This document shows, in pieces, positions 19,350 through 29,374 of a stretch of DNA of 64,000 nt. Below the pieces are notes generated by a model. The model worked only from the letters and a program-made list of their open reading frames with translations. It was not told the origin of the DNA and searched no databases. The translations under genes and the position numbers were made by a program. The stretch is from a virus: the IMG/VR virus record IMGVR_UViG_3300045988_183117, positions 51,641-115,640 of that record; one strand, 5' to 3'. Position 1 is the stretch's first letter; every line of letters begins with the position of its first letter.

Positions 19350-19904
19350 TCATGCGGCGGTTTTATTGCCGCTGTTCTTTTTCTCTACTGCTGTACTCAA
19401 AAGACCATCAAACAACTCAACTGCCGTAGACACAAACAGCTGGCTCTGAACCGAGATTTTTCCCGGCTCCGGAGTCCGCTCTTTCATGTGCGCAGCAGCA
19501 TTATAAATTGCCGCCAAAACCCCATGCTTCATCAAAACCACTTCTCTGATATCGGGACTTTCAGCGGCAAGGAAGCTGGCGAGGTTGTAGGCCCGCCCAA
19601 GCATCAGCTCATCGTACAGCGGAGCATTGTGCTGGACCATGGTAGTGTAAACAGCAGGTTGTTCTCCGAAAGTGCTGAATCGGATGCCTCGGAATCCAGA
19701 ATTCAGCTCATACAAAAGCGCGAGGCGTTCGGTCAGAAATACTGCCGTCTCAGCAGTCTTCTTTGCCGTTTTATCAGATAATGGAGCGGCATTGTTCTGC
19801 TGTGCCGCGTGCAGAATTTTTTTGGCTAAAAGCCGTTTCGCATATTCCTGCACATCGTGGTCAAGCTCATAGTAAATGTGGCTTGCCGTCTTGTTTGTAC
19901 GCAT
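19350..19904 (-). CDS. Hypothetical 184-aa protein
   Basis: ORF track entry. Sits in the operon between the SF2 helicase and the NADAR gene. Confidence 0.55.
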   Translation of the reverse strand: MRTNKTASHIYYELDHDVQEYAKRLLAKKILHAAQQNNAAPLSDKTAKKTAETAVFLTERLALLYELNSGFRGIRFSTFGEQPAVYTTMVQHNAPLYDELMLGRAYNLASFLAAESPDIREVVLMKHGVLAAIYNAAAHMKERTPEPGKISVQSQLFVSTAVELFDGLLSTAVEKKNSGNKTAA

Positions 19905-19908
19905 CTTG

Positions 19909-22104
19909 TTACCTCCTGGTTCTTGCCGCCTTCTGTTGTTCGACCCACGCTTCGGCTTCCTCTACTGTGGCATACACTGCCGTCTCACCGCGCCGGGCAA
20001 TCTGTTTTCGGGCATTCTGAGCTGCCTGCTCACTCTTGTAAGTTTCATAGCCAATGTAGGACCCATCCCATCGGGCAAGGCAGCAATAATATTCGTGGCT
20101 CTTAGCGGGAGCTGTCGGGACAAAGGGAGGTGGTACTGCGGGTGTTGCCTGAGTCGGCTGTGCGGCAGGAATCGGTGTTCCAGTCTTTCTGGCAATTAGA
20201 TTCTGCTTTTCTGCCATCCAGGCATCAGCTTCCTTCGTACAATAGAAGTACTTTGCTTCGCAAGTATTGAACAGTGAATAATACAGATTCAACATTTCTT
20301 TTTCACTGTTGCAGACCTTCTTGCGAGCCAAATTGTAGCTTGCATCGTAGTAGCAGCAGATGAAAGCATCCCCACGCGGTGCTTTCTTCGTCTCGTTTTC
20401 CTTGTAGTCTGGATACAGCTTGGCGAGGTCTTCTGCCGTATTCTTTTCCGGGTCCAGCGTGGATGCGTCGAACCCATTCGGAAGTTTCCAGTCATGAGAA
20501 CTGATGATGTCCAAAAAGCTGCTTGCATAGCGCAATGTCCAGCGCCCAACATGGACGAACCCAAAACTTTCAAGACACCGAATCTGTTTCGGGGTAGCCA
20601 TTCCGCTGGCTCTGCGAGCAATGAGTCGTTTGAGAATTGCAGCGGCAAGGCCCTGAGATTTGATGGCATCCCCTTTTACGCCGTAGCACGAAATACTATC
20701 GATGATGTCATCGGAAGGCTCCTGCCTCTCACTCTCAAACATCGGCTGATAATCGTTGAGTTCCGGCGCTTCGATGCTGAAAATGTACTGCAGCGGGTCA
20801 ACCAATCCTCTCGGCTTTTGACGCTGTGCCTTGAGCTTGCGCTGAATCGTATCCTGCTTTTCGAGTTCACACAGTGCTTTCCGCTTTTCCTCGTCCAGCT
20901 CAGTCTGTGCTTCCTCGATTGCCTCAATCAGCCCCAATTCGGGACTCCCGAAATTTTCCTGGCTATTCGAACCGGTGAGTGCCGCATCCGCCAGCATATC
21001 GGTGGTCTTTTGTGCCACTTCCGGGTCTTCACAGAAAATATCAGCAGGATGGCAAAGACTATGTTTCTTTGTCAGCCACAGGAAATCCAGCACGAGAAGA
21101 TTCTTTTTCCCTTCACATAGGCGTGTTCCGCGTCCCACAATCTGCGCATACAGGCTACGGCTCTTGGTAGGACGCAAGCAGATGATACAGTCAACGGTCG
21201 GGCAATCCCAGCCTTCCGTCAGGAGCATCGCGTTCGTCAGCGCCTTGTACTCGCCATTGTCAAACCCTTTCAGAACGTCCTTCCGGTCCGCAGACGCGCC
21301 ATTGACTTCTGCGGTCTTGAAGTTTCGCTTATTGAGAATATTACACAGTCTTTTGCTGATTCGTACCAGAGGCGTAAAGATGACAGTCTTTCGGTTCTGG
21401 CATTCTCGCACAATGGCATCCGCAATCGTGTCCAGATACAGGTCAAGAACATTGCCGAGGTCCTGAGCACTGAAATCACCGGCATTGATATGAACCTTGC
21501 TGATGTCTACCTCGACCGGAATTGTCTTCGTGTTAATTTTGCAGAGATATCCTTCCCGAATTGCATCCGGGAGCTTATATTCAAATGCAAGACTATCAAA
21601 GATATCAGATAGGGATTTCATGTCGCTTCGGTCGGGTGTTGCGGTCACGCCCAACACTTTGGCATCGATGAAATGCTCGAGAATTCCCTTGTAAGTTTTG
21701 GCTGCCGTGTGATGCGCTTCATCAATGATGATAGTCCCGAAATAATCACGCGGATACTTCATTAACCGATTCTGCTTAGAGAGAGTCTGAACACTGGCAA
21801 CCACGACCATCTTATCGGAATCGAGCGCCGAGCTTTGCGCTTTCTCTAACGCGGTCTCTAGCCCCGTCACCATCTTGAGCTTGTCGCTTGCCTGCTGTAA
21901 AAGCTCTTCCCGGTGCGCAAGAATCAAAACGTGTTCGCCCTTTGCCACCTGGTCGTTCACGATGCTTGCAAACACAATAGTTTTGCCGGTTCCGGTCGGC
22001 ATCACAACCAGCGTTTTCTTATTCCCGGCATCCCACTCTCTATGAATCGCCGCAGCAGCTTTCTGCTGATATGGCCGTGGGTCAATCTTCTTTGTTGTAA
22101 TCAT
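19909..22104 (-). CDS. DEAD/DEAH-box SF2 helicase (type III res-like) with C-terminal tandem repeats resembling the RNase H1 N-terminal hybrid-binding domain
   Basis: Motifs PTGTGKT, IIIDEAHH and TATPDR. The C-terminus carries two ~55-aa repeats ending YFYCTKEADAWM and VYATVEEAEAWV. Confidence 0.8.
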   Translation of the reverse strand: MITTKKIDPRPYQQKAAAAIHREWDAGNKKTLVVMPTGTGKTIVFASIVNDQVAKGEHVLILAHREELLQQASDKLKMVTGLETALEKAQSSALDSDKMVVVASVQTLSKQNRLMKYPRDYFGTIIIDEAHHTAAKTYKGILEHFIDAKVLGVTATPDRSDMKSLSDIFDSLAFEYKLPDAIREGYLCKINTKTIPVEVDISKVHINAGDFSAQDLGNVLDLYLDTIADAIVRECQNRKTVIFTPLVRISKRLCNILNKRNFKTAEVNGASADRKDVLKGFDNGEYKALTNAMLLTEGWDCPTVDCIICLRPTKSRSLYAQIVGRGTRLCEGKKNLLVLDFLWLTKKHSLCHPADIFCEDPEVAQKTTDMLADAALTGSNSQENFGSPELGLIEAIEEAQTELDEEKRKALCELEKQDTIQRKLKAQRQKPRGLVDPLQYIFSIEAPELNDYQPMFESERQEPSDDIIDSISCYGVKGDAIKSQGLAAAILKRLIARRASGMATPKQIRCLESFGFVHVGRWTLRYASSFLDIISSHDWKLPNGFDASTLDPEKNTAEDLAKLYPDYKENETKKAPRGDAFICCYYDASYNLARKKVCNSEKEMLNLYYSLFNTCEAKYFYCTKEADAWMAEKQNLIARKTGTPIPAAQPTQATPAVPPPFVPTAPAKSHEYYCCLARWDGSYIGYETYKSEQAAQNARKQIARRGETAVYATVEEAEAWVEQQKAARTRR

Positions 22105-22159
22105 ATTTCACCCAAAAAACAAGCAGGCCCGAAATGAGCCTGCCTTACTTTTTCTCAAT

Positions 22160-22354
22160 TTAGTTCATTGCCCGCTGCATCACAAATATAATGCCGGTTG
22201 CCAAAACCATAACGCCAATGTCTCTGACAACGGTTCCGACCTGTTTATCATTGGTAATGTCCTGATTCCATTCAAATCCCCAACCAATCATAGCGACACC
22301 AACCACAATCAAAATAATACCAACAATCGTTAAGCTTTCTTCTGATAAACCGTA
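22160..22354 (-). CDS. Small membrane protein (64 aa)
   Basis: Track start 22447 lies inside the -10 of promoter A8. Start moved to MYGLSEE with RBS GGAAAGGAAA. Confidence 0.45.
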   Translation of the reverse strand, partial: YGLSEESLTIVGIILIVVGVAMIGWGFEWNQDITNDKQVGTVVRDIGVMVLATGIIFVMQRAMN

Positions 22355-22445
22355 CATAGTGCATTTCCTTTCCGCAAACAAAAAAGTCCCGCACAAACAA
22401 CTCATGCGGGACAACGATAAGATATATTTTTGGTTTATATTTTTC

Positions 22446-22473
22446 ATTGTACGTAATTCGCACAGATTGACAA
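22446..22473 (-). promoter_or_regulatory. Family A promoter A8
   Basis: TTGTCA-ATCTGTGCGAATTACG-TACAAT, upstream of the small membrane / helicase / NADAR operon. Confidence 0.55.
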
Positions 22474-22531
22474 TAGAAAATTACAAAAAAAATCCCGCAT
22501 GAGCGTCGCTGCTCACACAGGAAAAAATTTC

Positions 22532-23140
22532 TTAATATTCAGTGCAGAGAACCGTCAAAAGGCTGGAGAAGTAGTACATTGCGATGGTCGTGATTTTCAC
22601 AGCATCGCTTCCCTGCCCGTTTGCAAGGCGTGTAAAGGTTCCGCCGTTCTTGAGTCGGGTCATGGTCAGGTACATGAGCATATAGGTGTTCACATAGACG
22701 TCTGTATATCGCTGACCGTCGTCCTCGTAGCGCTGCGGGATACATTCCTGACTCAACATTTCAATGAGCTGATACCAGGATTTCAGATACAGAGGGCTCT
22801 TCGGTTCATTCAGAGCATTCTGAGCCTGCTTCTGGTATTCTTTCAGAGTTTCATCAGTCAGGGGCATAAACTCGACGTTTGCAAATTTGTCACGGTTGTA
22901 GTAGAGCCACAGCGTGGCATTGGACAGGTCCATGCAAATACCGGCAAGCTTCTCTGCTTTTTCGTCCTCCATTTGAGTCACCGGAACGCTCGGGTCATCG
23001 ATTTCGGCATCTTCGGAAGTCATGTCCACAATCCTGTAGCTGTTCTCTTCTGCCCGAATTTCAGAACTGACGAAGCGCTTGAAATCTTCAACGAGCTTCC
23101 GATAAGCTTCGAGCTGAGCATTTTCTTTCTGTTCACTCAT
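22532..23140 (-). CDS. Hypothetical 202-aa protein
   Basis: Start moved to MSEQKEN with RBS AAAGGGAGA. Driven by family B promoter B1. Confidence 0.55.
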   Translation of the reverse strand: MSEQKENAQLEAYRKLVEDFKRFVSSEIRAEENSYRIVDMTSEDAEIDDPSVPVTQMEDEKAEKLAGICMDLSNATLWLYYNRDKFANVEFMPLTDETLKEYQKQAQNALNEPKSPLYLKSWYQLIEMLSQECIPQRYEDDGQRYTDVYVNTYMLMYLTMTRLKNGGTFTRLANGQGSDAVKITTIAMYYFSSLLTVLCTEY

Positions 23141-23167
23141 AATGTGTATCTCCCTTTTGGATTTCTT

Positions 23168-23195
23168 ATTATATGGATATTGCACTTTTTTGCAA
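23168..23195 (-). promoter_or_regulatory. Family B promoter B1 (TTGCAA-AAAAGTGCAATATCCA-TATAAT)
   Basis: 16-nt spacer with GTGCAAT in the same position as the GTGCGAAT of family A. Upstream of 22532..23140. Confidence 0.5.
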
Positions 23196-23242
23196 GGGCT
23201 TTTAACCCAAGCACCTTTTGCGCCGTTTGTCAATGGCCACAA

Positions 23243-23263
23243 AATATCAAAGTACTGGTAAAA
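23243..23263 (-). promoter_or_regulatory. Putative activator site: CCAGTACTTTGATATT (minus strand), about 50 nt upstream of B1
   Basis: Near-identical to the two direct repeats at 29412-29464. Confidence 0.35.
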
Positions 23264-23334
23264 TTAAGGTGGGAAGACGTTCTGGAACCATGAAACACAG
23301 AGCCCTGCCTCTTGCTTATGGCTGCTGACTTTTT

Positions 23335-24042
23335 TCAGCCTGCGTTCTGGCTGTTCTTCTTGACATCGGCTGCAACCTTCAAGCGGCGTATGTACTCTTC
23401 GAGCTCTTCCAGCGTATAGGTTTCTTCCGTCTCAATCGGCTCTTTGGCATCTTTGGGCAGATAGCTTTTCGTACAGACAAACTCAGGGCTCGTTACAGGG
23501 CAGTCCAGGACAGTTTCATCGTACAACTCTTTCTCGATGTTGTGGTAGAGAAAGAACGGGATATGCCGCCCGCAATCGTCATCCGATTCTGTCCAATCCG
23601 GGAGTTCCTGGATTTCGCGGCCGTATGTTTCATACAATACCGTGTTTGCCCGAGCATTGCCAAGAAGAGTGTTGAACAGCTTAAAGTTTTCTCTCACTTC
23701 GCGGCGGAAGAATTTCGGGAGCGAGAACTCCTCGTATTCCAGCTTCGTATCAGAACGTAGATAGTAGCGGTACTGCGCCTCGACCGGCATGAATTCAGTC
23801 GTGTTGTTCAGCTCTTTCAAAGCGTTGAGTCGTTCACTCGTTTTTTTGACATTATGTCTTGCAAAGCCCAGATACGCTGAAACCAGAATCATCAGAAGAA
23901 GAGCTGCAAGGATAATGACAATGAGCCATTCCTCGCCTTCGATATGCGGCAGGTGTTTCAGAATACTATCCTGGATAGCATAAGGAAGGTCATCGAACCA
24001 TTCATAGAACCCAATCGGGTCCTGATAAGTATGGGGAGCCAT
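23335..24042 (-). CDS. Membrane-anchored hypothetical protein
   Basis: One TM segment, LIVIILAALLLMILVSAYLGF. RBS GGTGAGGGTGA. Confidence 0.55.
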   Translation of the reverse strand: MAPHTYQDPIGFYEWFDDLPYAIQDSILKHLPHIEGEEWLIVIILAALLLMILVSAYLGFARHNVKKTSERLNALKELNNTTEFMPVEAQYRYYLRSDTKLEYEEFSLPKFFRREVRENFKLFNTLLGNARANTVLYETYGREIQELPDWTESDDDCGRHIPFFLYHNIEKELYDETVLDCPVTSPEFVCTKSYLPKDAKEPIETEETYTLEELEEYIRRLKVAADVKKNSQNAG

Positions 24043-24060
24043 GATTCACCCTCACCGCCA

Positions 24061-24948
24061 TCAGTAAATAAACTTGCATTCCCGGCGTTCCCGGCCATTG
24101 CCGCACCAGTAATGCCGCCAGCGGGGGGTTTTGCCTTCCCCATTCTTTTTGTATTCTTTGGCCGCATTCTCACCAACGGTATACGGTTTAATGTTGATTC
24201 GCTGTGCCTTTCCCTGAAACACGAATACCGGGCGGTCACGCTTTTTGGAAGTTTCCAAGCGGACATCAGGGTTCTTGCTGGCAAGATAGTTGGCGCACAG
24301 GATTGCCAGCCGGACATAAGGCGTTCCGTCGTCAAAGACCGAAGGCACTTCTTCCATTACGGCCGGAACACTGATACCGTTCACTTGCCGCTGTCCTGCT
24401 GCCTTTTCCAGATATTCTTTCGTACTCCGGGTTGCTTCCGTCAAACTCTGATTTTCCTTGGCCCAGGCAGGCAGAGTCAGGAACGTGAAATCATCGTGGC
24501 TACCCTTAGTGGGGCCGACAAGAACGATACCGAAAGCTGTGGTTTTCTCTTTTTCGTCGAATTCCACATGCACGAACATACCGTTGTAGTCGTAGCTGTC
24601 ATACACCGGGATAAAGAAATCACGAACCGGGAGTCGCTGCAGGATATCCTGATGAATTGCCACGTCATCCGTATCCATCAGCATTTTCTGAAACTCGTAG
24701 TCAAAATCATAGACCGTCTTCGTCTGATTCCAGCAGCCAATGGTAAAGCAGGGAAAAATCTGCGCAGCCAAAACACGCTCAAAACCCGGCGTGTTCATTC
24801 TCTGCGCCGCTGTCATGCAGCACAGCATCGCGGACTTGTTGTATTCTTCCAGCGTTTTTCCACACGGGTCACTGAATCCAAAATGGTTTCGGGTTTGTTT
24901 GGTAACGGCATTCGCCGTCAATGCGATTCTCAGCTGTTCATTGGTCAT
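24061..24948 (-). CDS. Hypothetical 295-aa protein
   Basis: RBS TGGAGGATAAC. ATGA-type overlap with the upstream gene. Confidence 0.55.
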   Translation of the reverse strand: MTNEQLRIALTANAVTKQTRNHFGFSDPCGKTLEEYNKSAMLCCMTAAQRMNTPGFERVLAAQIFPCFTIGCWNQTKTVYDFDYEFQKMLMDTDDVAIHQDILQRLPVRDFFIPVYDSYDYNGMFVHVEFDEKEKTTAFGIVLVGPTKGSHDDFTFLTLPAWAKENQSLTEATRSTKEYLEKAAGQRQVNGISVPAVMEEVPSVFDDGTPYVRLAILCANYLASKNPDVRLETSKKRDRPVFVFQGKAQRINIKPYTVGENAAKEYKKNGEGKTPRWRHYWCGNGRERRECKFIY

Positions 24949-25544
24949 TTGTTATCCTCCAAATTATTTTTGATTTTTGCCATATGCAAACAGCGCTGGA
25001 CCATCCCAATGGTGAATTTGCGAGTCGTCAGTACTGTCATGAGCTTGCCTTCATTACCCTTGATAGTTCGTTCCAAAATGTTCCAGGATTCGGTTTCAGG
25101 CTTGACATTGGTATATAAGTCCAGCGGAACATACAGCCACGCGATTTCACTGTCCCGCATCACGGCATAGGATTGCAGGATTTTATCAATTGCCTCTACG
25201 CCGACCTTCCAGCTGGTGATTATGGTCCGGCTGATATCGTATACAATCAGGTGCGGTGCTTCATTTGCTTCCGTATCAACTTCAATGACATGAGCAATAT
25301 ACGGTTTCCCGTCCACCAGCTTATACCGATAAATGATGGACGGGATTTTCTCTCGAATCAATCTGTCATGTTCAAGCGCCAAGTCCGCGTACTCGCCCGT
25401 TGCATCAATGATGATGACTCGTCCCTGACAGGTCCTCAGTGTCGCTCTAATTTGCTTGCGGCACCAGGCAGAGCAACTCTCTTTGTACTCCGTCGAGACA
25501 AGAAAGAAATTCCTGCCCGGTGTGATAATGGGTTCATAGCTCAT
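24945..25544 (-). CDS. Hypothetical 199-aa protein
   Basis: RBS ACAGAGGATAAAC. Promoter A9 lies upstream. Confidence 0.55.
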   Translation of the reverse strand: MSYEPIITPGRNFFLVSTEYKESCSAWCRKQIRATLRTCQGRVIIIDATGEYADLALEHDRLIREKIPSIIYRYKLVDGKPYIAHVIEVDTEANEAPHLIVYDISRTIITSWKVGVEAIDKILQSYAVMRDSEIAWLYVPLDLYTNVKPETESWNILERTIKGNEGKLMTVLTTRKFTIGMVQRCLHMAKIKNNLEDNK

Positions 25545-25572
25545 TGTTTATCCTCTGTAGCTTTTGTAATTC

Positions 25573-25600
25573 ATTCACTTTTAATTGTCTGCGATTCGCA
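25573..25600 (-). promoter_or_regulatory. Family A promoter A9
   Basis: TTGCGA-AACTGTGCGAATCGCA-GACAAT. Confidence 0.5.
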
Positions 25601-25644
25601 CAGTTTCGCAACATGATATTGTCTGTGAATATCAGTTATCGGAG

Positions 25645-26283
25645 TCATAGTCCCTTGACAAAATTCGGGTCGTAGTGGGACAGGACTTCCTCGTTCAAGC
25701 TGTATTCGCAGTTGATAGTCGTTGCGTCATCCACATACATGCCTCGGTTTGCGTAGTATATCCCATCGATATAAATGGCGAACATGACGGACGGCATCAG
25801 TGCCTTTTCATTCACTGCGTAAATCAGGTATTCATCCAGATTATCCTTGACCACCGCGCTCTTATTGATTTGGGCGATTTGCTGTTCGCAAAGGAATACA
25901 GGGCAGCATACTCCTTCTTTTCCAAAACCAATTTTGTAGCTCTGGTATTCCTCGCCATACAGCTGCATGGCGATAGAATTGTATCCTTGGAGAAATCCGG
26001 TTTTTGTATGGATGACGGAAATCTCGCCTACCGTGCAGTTGTTCTCACGGATAGCAAAAGGGTGTCTCAGAATATCTTTCGTGTTGATGCCGCGCATGTA
26101 CGCCCTTGCGTCAGCAGCTGGCATGTATTGCAGCAGGAACTTGGAATCATTCAGCCGGATGCCATAACCTTGCCGCAGCACTTTCGGAATATAGTGTGCC
26201 TGCCCGATAACGGCCTTGCCTTTCACGATATCGAAGGTGAACTCATATCCTTTCGATTTGGTTTGCTTAACAATCCATTGCAA
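25645..26283 (-). CDS. Hypothetical 212-aa protein (TTG start)
   Basis: AAAGGAGG lies 8 nt upstream of the TTG at 26283. Confidence 0.5.
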   Translation of the reverse strand: MQWIVKQTKSKGYEFTFDIVKGKAVIGQAHYIPKVLRQGYGIRLNDSKFLLQYMPAADARAYMRGINTKDILRHPFAIRENNCTVGEISVIHTKTGFLQGYNSIAMQLYGEEYQSYKIGFGKEGVCCPVFLCEQQIAQINKSAVVKDNLDEYLIYAVNEKALMPSVMFAIYIDGIYYANRGMYVDDATTINCEYSLNEEVLSHYDPNFVKGL

Positions 26284-26711
26284 AACTCCATCGCCTCCTT
26301 TTGCCTTCTCACTCGCTGGATAACCTTGTAAATACCAGGAACCGAGAGCTGATACTTTTCGGATAGTTTCTGCACCGGCACGCCACTCTCGTATTCTCGA
26401 AAGATATTCTCGTTGCGCGGTCTTTGTCTAATTTTGATGCGCTCGTTTTTGCGGTTTTCAGTCAGACCCGCATCATTGGCAACCATGCCGCAATATCCTT
26501 CTGTCACGTTGAATTTCGCAATCATTTCCTTGAGAGGGACACTGTTCTTGTATGCCGCAATTATTTCAGCTTTTCTGGCATCCTCAACCTGTGCCAGCTG
26601 AATTCTGGCTTTCTGCTTTGCGTCGTCTAACGCTCGATAGCATGTACGGACGCTCAACCTGTATTTTGTGGCAAGCTCCTCAATGGAATAGCCGTTGCCG
26701 TAGTCTTTCAT
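26223..26711 (-). CDS. Multi-HTH protein, paralog family member 4
   Basis: Track ORF 26223..26822. Its first codons (MPICANCRQ) are a translation of promoter motif A10, so the start is moved to MKDYGNGYSIEELATKY. Confidence 0.5.
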   Translation of the reverse strand: MKDYGNGYSIEELATKYRLSVRTCYRALDDAKQKARIQLAQVEDARKAEIIAAYKNSVPLKEMIAKFNVTEGYCGMVANDAGLTENRKNERIKIRQRPRNENIFREYESGVPVQKLSEKYQLSVPGIYKVIQRVRRQKEAMEFCNGLLSKPNRKDMSSPSIS

Positions 26712-26793
26712 GATATTGCGATTTCGCTCAATCAGCTTTTTGCTTGCAAACCTTGAGATGGTACTCAGCTCCTTTGCTTTATGCTTTACTTCT

Positions 26794-26822
26794 GATTGTC
26801 TGCAATTCGCACAAATGGGCAA
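26794..26822 (-). promoter_or_regulatory. Family A promoter A10
   Basis: TTGCCC-ATTTGTGCGAATTGCA-GACAAT, upstream of multi-HTH gene 4. Confidence 0.5.
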
Positions 26823-26873
26823 CTATTTTTGCGAAATAAGAAGGCAGGCTCCGAAAAGAACCTGCCATGCATA

Positions 26874-29033
26874 TTAGAGGTTAAAGATGCCCAGCCAGCG
26901 CCGAAACTTGATGCCGAACAATTCCTGTGCCTGCTCGTAGTTCATGATAAGCTGGTTGCCGCCAGAAATCTCTGCTTCGAGGGAGTTCGGCAGCTCATCT
27001 GCAATGTATTTCAGTTCGTACCACGGTCCATCCGGCGGATAGGAGTAAATGAGCCTGTTCTGCTTCTTATCAACCCGGAACTTGCTCGGGTCAGCCTGCC
27101 ATGCCAGTTCGATTTTCTCAATTGCAGCACGACCAATGCTCTCATCACCCATATAGTCGTTATAGTACAGGATACGCACATAGTCCGGCAAATCGATTCC
27201 GCATGCCTCGAAGATATCTGCAATGACACTAGACGAAGCGTGGAAGATATCCGGGAAGTATTCCTTGCCATTCGCATTTTCACGCATTTCCGTCGTCATC
27301 TCATCGATGCAAACAAGCATTCGGCGGACATATTCGCCATAGAACGCGGTTGTCAGCTCCGACATACTCTCATTCACACGCTTTGAGTTCTTGGCACCGC
27401 GCTCGTTGTCGATTTTAGCACCAATTCGACAGATGATAGCACGTTTCGAGAGGTCTTTTGTCAGCGAGGTAATTTTATTCGATGTGATAGATACAGCAGG
27501 ATAGTTCACGAGCCTGTCCGAGATACCCCATTCATCGTTCTTGATTACCCGTTCTGAATGGTTCTGAAACTGGGTCTTGGCGAGGTCGTCGATGTTCAGC
27601 GGCAGTCCCTCACAAACTCGTTTGAGGCCGTCGATTCTTGTGGCTGTGAAATCCTCCGTCGTGTTCATCTTAACGGTCTCACCGCACATGAGTTTGACAA
27701 GAAATTTTATAAAGGTCGTCTTGCCGCCGTTTGAGTCGCCGTATATAACGCCGTACATCGGGAACAGCTTCGTATCGTAGTTGTTCCTCGATGCGAAATA
27801 CCGCAGATACGCCATGAACGGAGTAGCCAGATACCAGGTCATGTACTTGAAGTAGTCCTTCTTGGCCTGTTCGACATCGCCGTAAAAGTAGTCCATGCCT
27901 GAGAAGAACTTCTGGATGCTCTTGATGTTCTTTGCCACCTCGCTGAGATTCGGATTGAGGTCGATATTCTCGTCGTTGAAGGTCATGGTCCCGGCATCAT
28001 AGTCGATATGTAATTTCGGGAGCTGCTTAACTGCCTCAGCTGCCACACGCCGCACCTCGGTATATCGTTTCCCGAAAACGCGCATCGGTTCCGCTGCCAC
28101 TACAATACGATTCGCCTGTACCGGCATCTTAGGCATGATTGGCTTGACGAGTTCCTGCATTTTCTTGACATCGGCAACTATCTCGTATTCGACCTCATCC
28201 TCAGGCTGTGCCTGTTCCAGAAAGACAAGCTTCTGCTTTTCAATAGACTGAAAGACGGGCACTTCTTTGATGTTCTCTTTCAGATAATCTTCCTGGTTCA
28301 TGGTGTTCACGACTGCCTTATAGGAGACATTGTCGGAGCAGGTCTCCTTGAAGGTCTCGAACAGAACCTTGTAATGCGAAAATGCCGCCTCGTCATCGAA
28401 GCAGACGATATTCTCTCGCTGAATGCCGCAAAACGCCGATGCCGACATATTCGCACTGCCGGTGATGACTCGGACACGCTTATGGTCAGCGCTCTCCAAG
28501 ATAAAGATTTTCTCGTGCGATTTCGTGTCCCGCGATACATACAGCTGCAAGGACCCGTCATAGAGCCTGTTCGCGAGGTTCCCTGCCGACTTAGCGAGCC
28601 GCTGCACGCTGTCGATTTGCACCGACATGATGGCAGCGATGTCGGTGGCGATGATTTTCTCGCATCCGAACACGACTTCCGCATACGAGAACTTGTTGAT
28701 GACCTTATTTACGAACTCGATTCCGGACGAAAAAGTGATAGCATAGAGTCTGTCGAACCCGTCAAACAGCTCCTCCCAATTCGTTTCGACCGTATCAGCA
28801 TATATCGCCTTCACAACACTCAGCGCCTGCGTGGAGATGCTCGCCTTTGCCTTCGTGGTTTTGTTCGCCACTGGTTTGAAGGGCTTATCCGTCTGCCCAT
28901 CACTGTCCCCCGTATCCTCGCCGGGGTCTAAGAGTTCTTCCGGGCCTTCCTCGGTGTATTCGGGGCTTTCCGACACCATCATGTCCATGAGCGACATCTG
29001 ATTTTCCAAGTCGTTTGCTTTTCTCCTTGCCAT
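26874..29033 (-). CDS. Fusion of a PLD-like (HKD) nuclease domain with an SF3 helicase / primase C-terminal P-loop domain
   Basis: SHEKIFILESADHKRVRVITGSANMS resembles HxK...GSxN. YGDSNGGKTTF is a P4/D5-type Walker A. A 330-nt leader lies downstream of promoter A11. Confidence 0.7.
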   Translation of the reverse strand: MARRKANDLENQMSLMDMMVSESPEYTEEGPEELLDPGEDTGDSDGQTDKPFKPVANKTTKAKASISTQALSVVKAIYADTVETNWEELFDGFDRLYAITFSSGIEFVNKVINKFSYAEVVFGCEKIIATDIAAIMSVQIDSVQRLAKSAGNLANRLYDGSLQLYVSRDTKSHEKIFILESADHKRVRVITGSANMSASAFCGIQRENIVCFDDEAAFSHYKVLFETFKETCSDNVSYKAVVNTMNQEDYLKENIKEVPVFQSIEKQKLVFLEQAQPEDEVEYEIVADVKKMQELVKPIMPKMPVQANRIVVAAEPMRVFGKRYTEVRRVAAEAVKQLPKLHIDYDAGTMTFNDENIDLNPNLSEVAKNIKSIQKFFSGMDYFYGDVEQAKKDYFKYMTWYLATPFMAYLRYFASRNNYDTKLFPMYGVIYGDSNGGKTTFIKFLVKLMCGETVKMNTTEDFTATRIDGLKRVCEGLPLNIDDLAKTQFQNHSERVIKNDEWGISDRLVNYPAVSITSNKITSLTKDLSKRAIICRIGAKIDNERGAKNSKRVNESMSELTTAFYGEYVRRMLVCIDEMTTEMRENANGKEYFPDIFHASSSVIADIFEACGIDLPDYVRILYYNDYMGDESIGRAAIEKIELAWQADPSKFRVDKKQNRLIYSYPPDGPWYELKYIADELPNSLEAEISGGNQLIMNYEQAQELFGIKFRRWLGIFNL

Positions 29034-29374
29034 TTTGTGTCTATCCTTTCTAAACAGATTTGTGTCTTTTCTTTTGGTCGGGTATATATGCGAGCAGTTA
29101 CGTTTTTAGCAACTAATCATTCATGTTTTTTTGCTTTTTCGGTTAAATCTGATTTTAGGTATTCCTAGTTTCATTCTACCACTTTAGCTGTCCCATTGTC
29201 CGGACTTCAAACCACTCGGTGCAAGTTTTATCCGCCTCAGCCGGATTTTATTCGTTTTTTCTTGTATCCTCTTCGCGTTTCGTTTAATTTCGTGTTGTTT
29301 CGTGAATACCAAAAACAGCAGCCATATTTATTGCAAATACATCATTGCATCGCTCTTTTTGTTCTCCAATTCCC

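Noticed and set aside
23944-25170. 408-aa plus-strand ORF
   Set aside because: It runs antisense across three well-supported minus-strand genes with RBSs.
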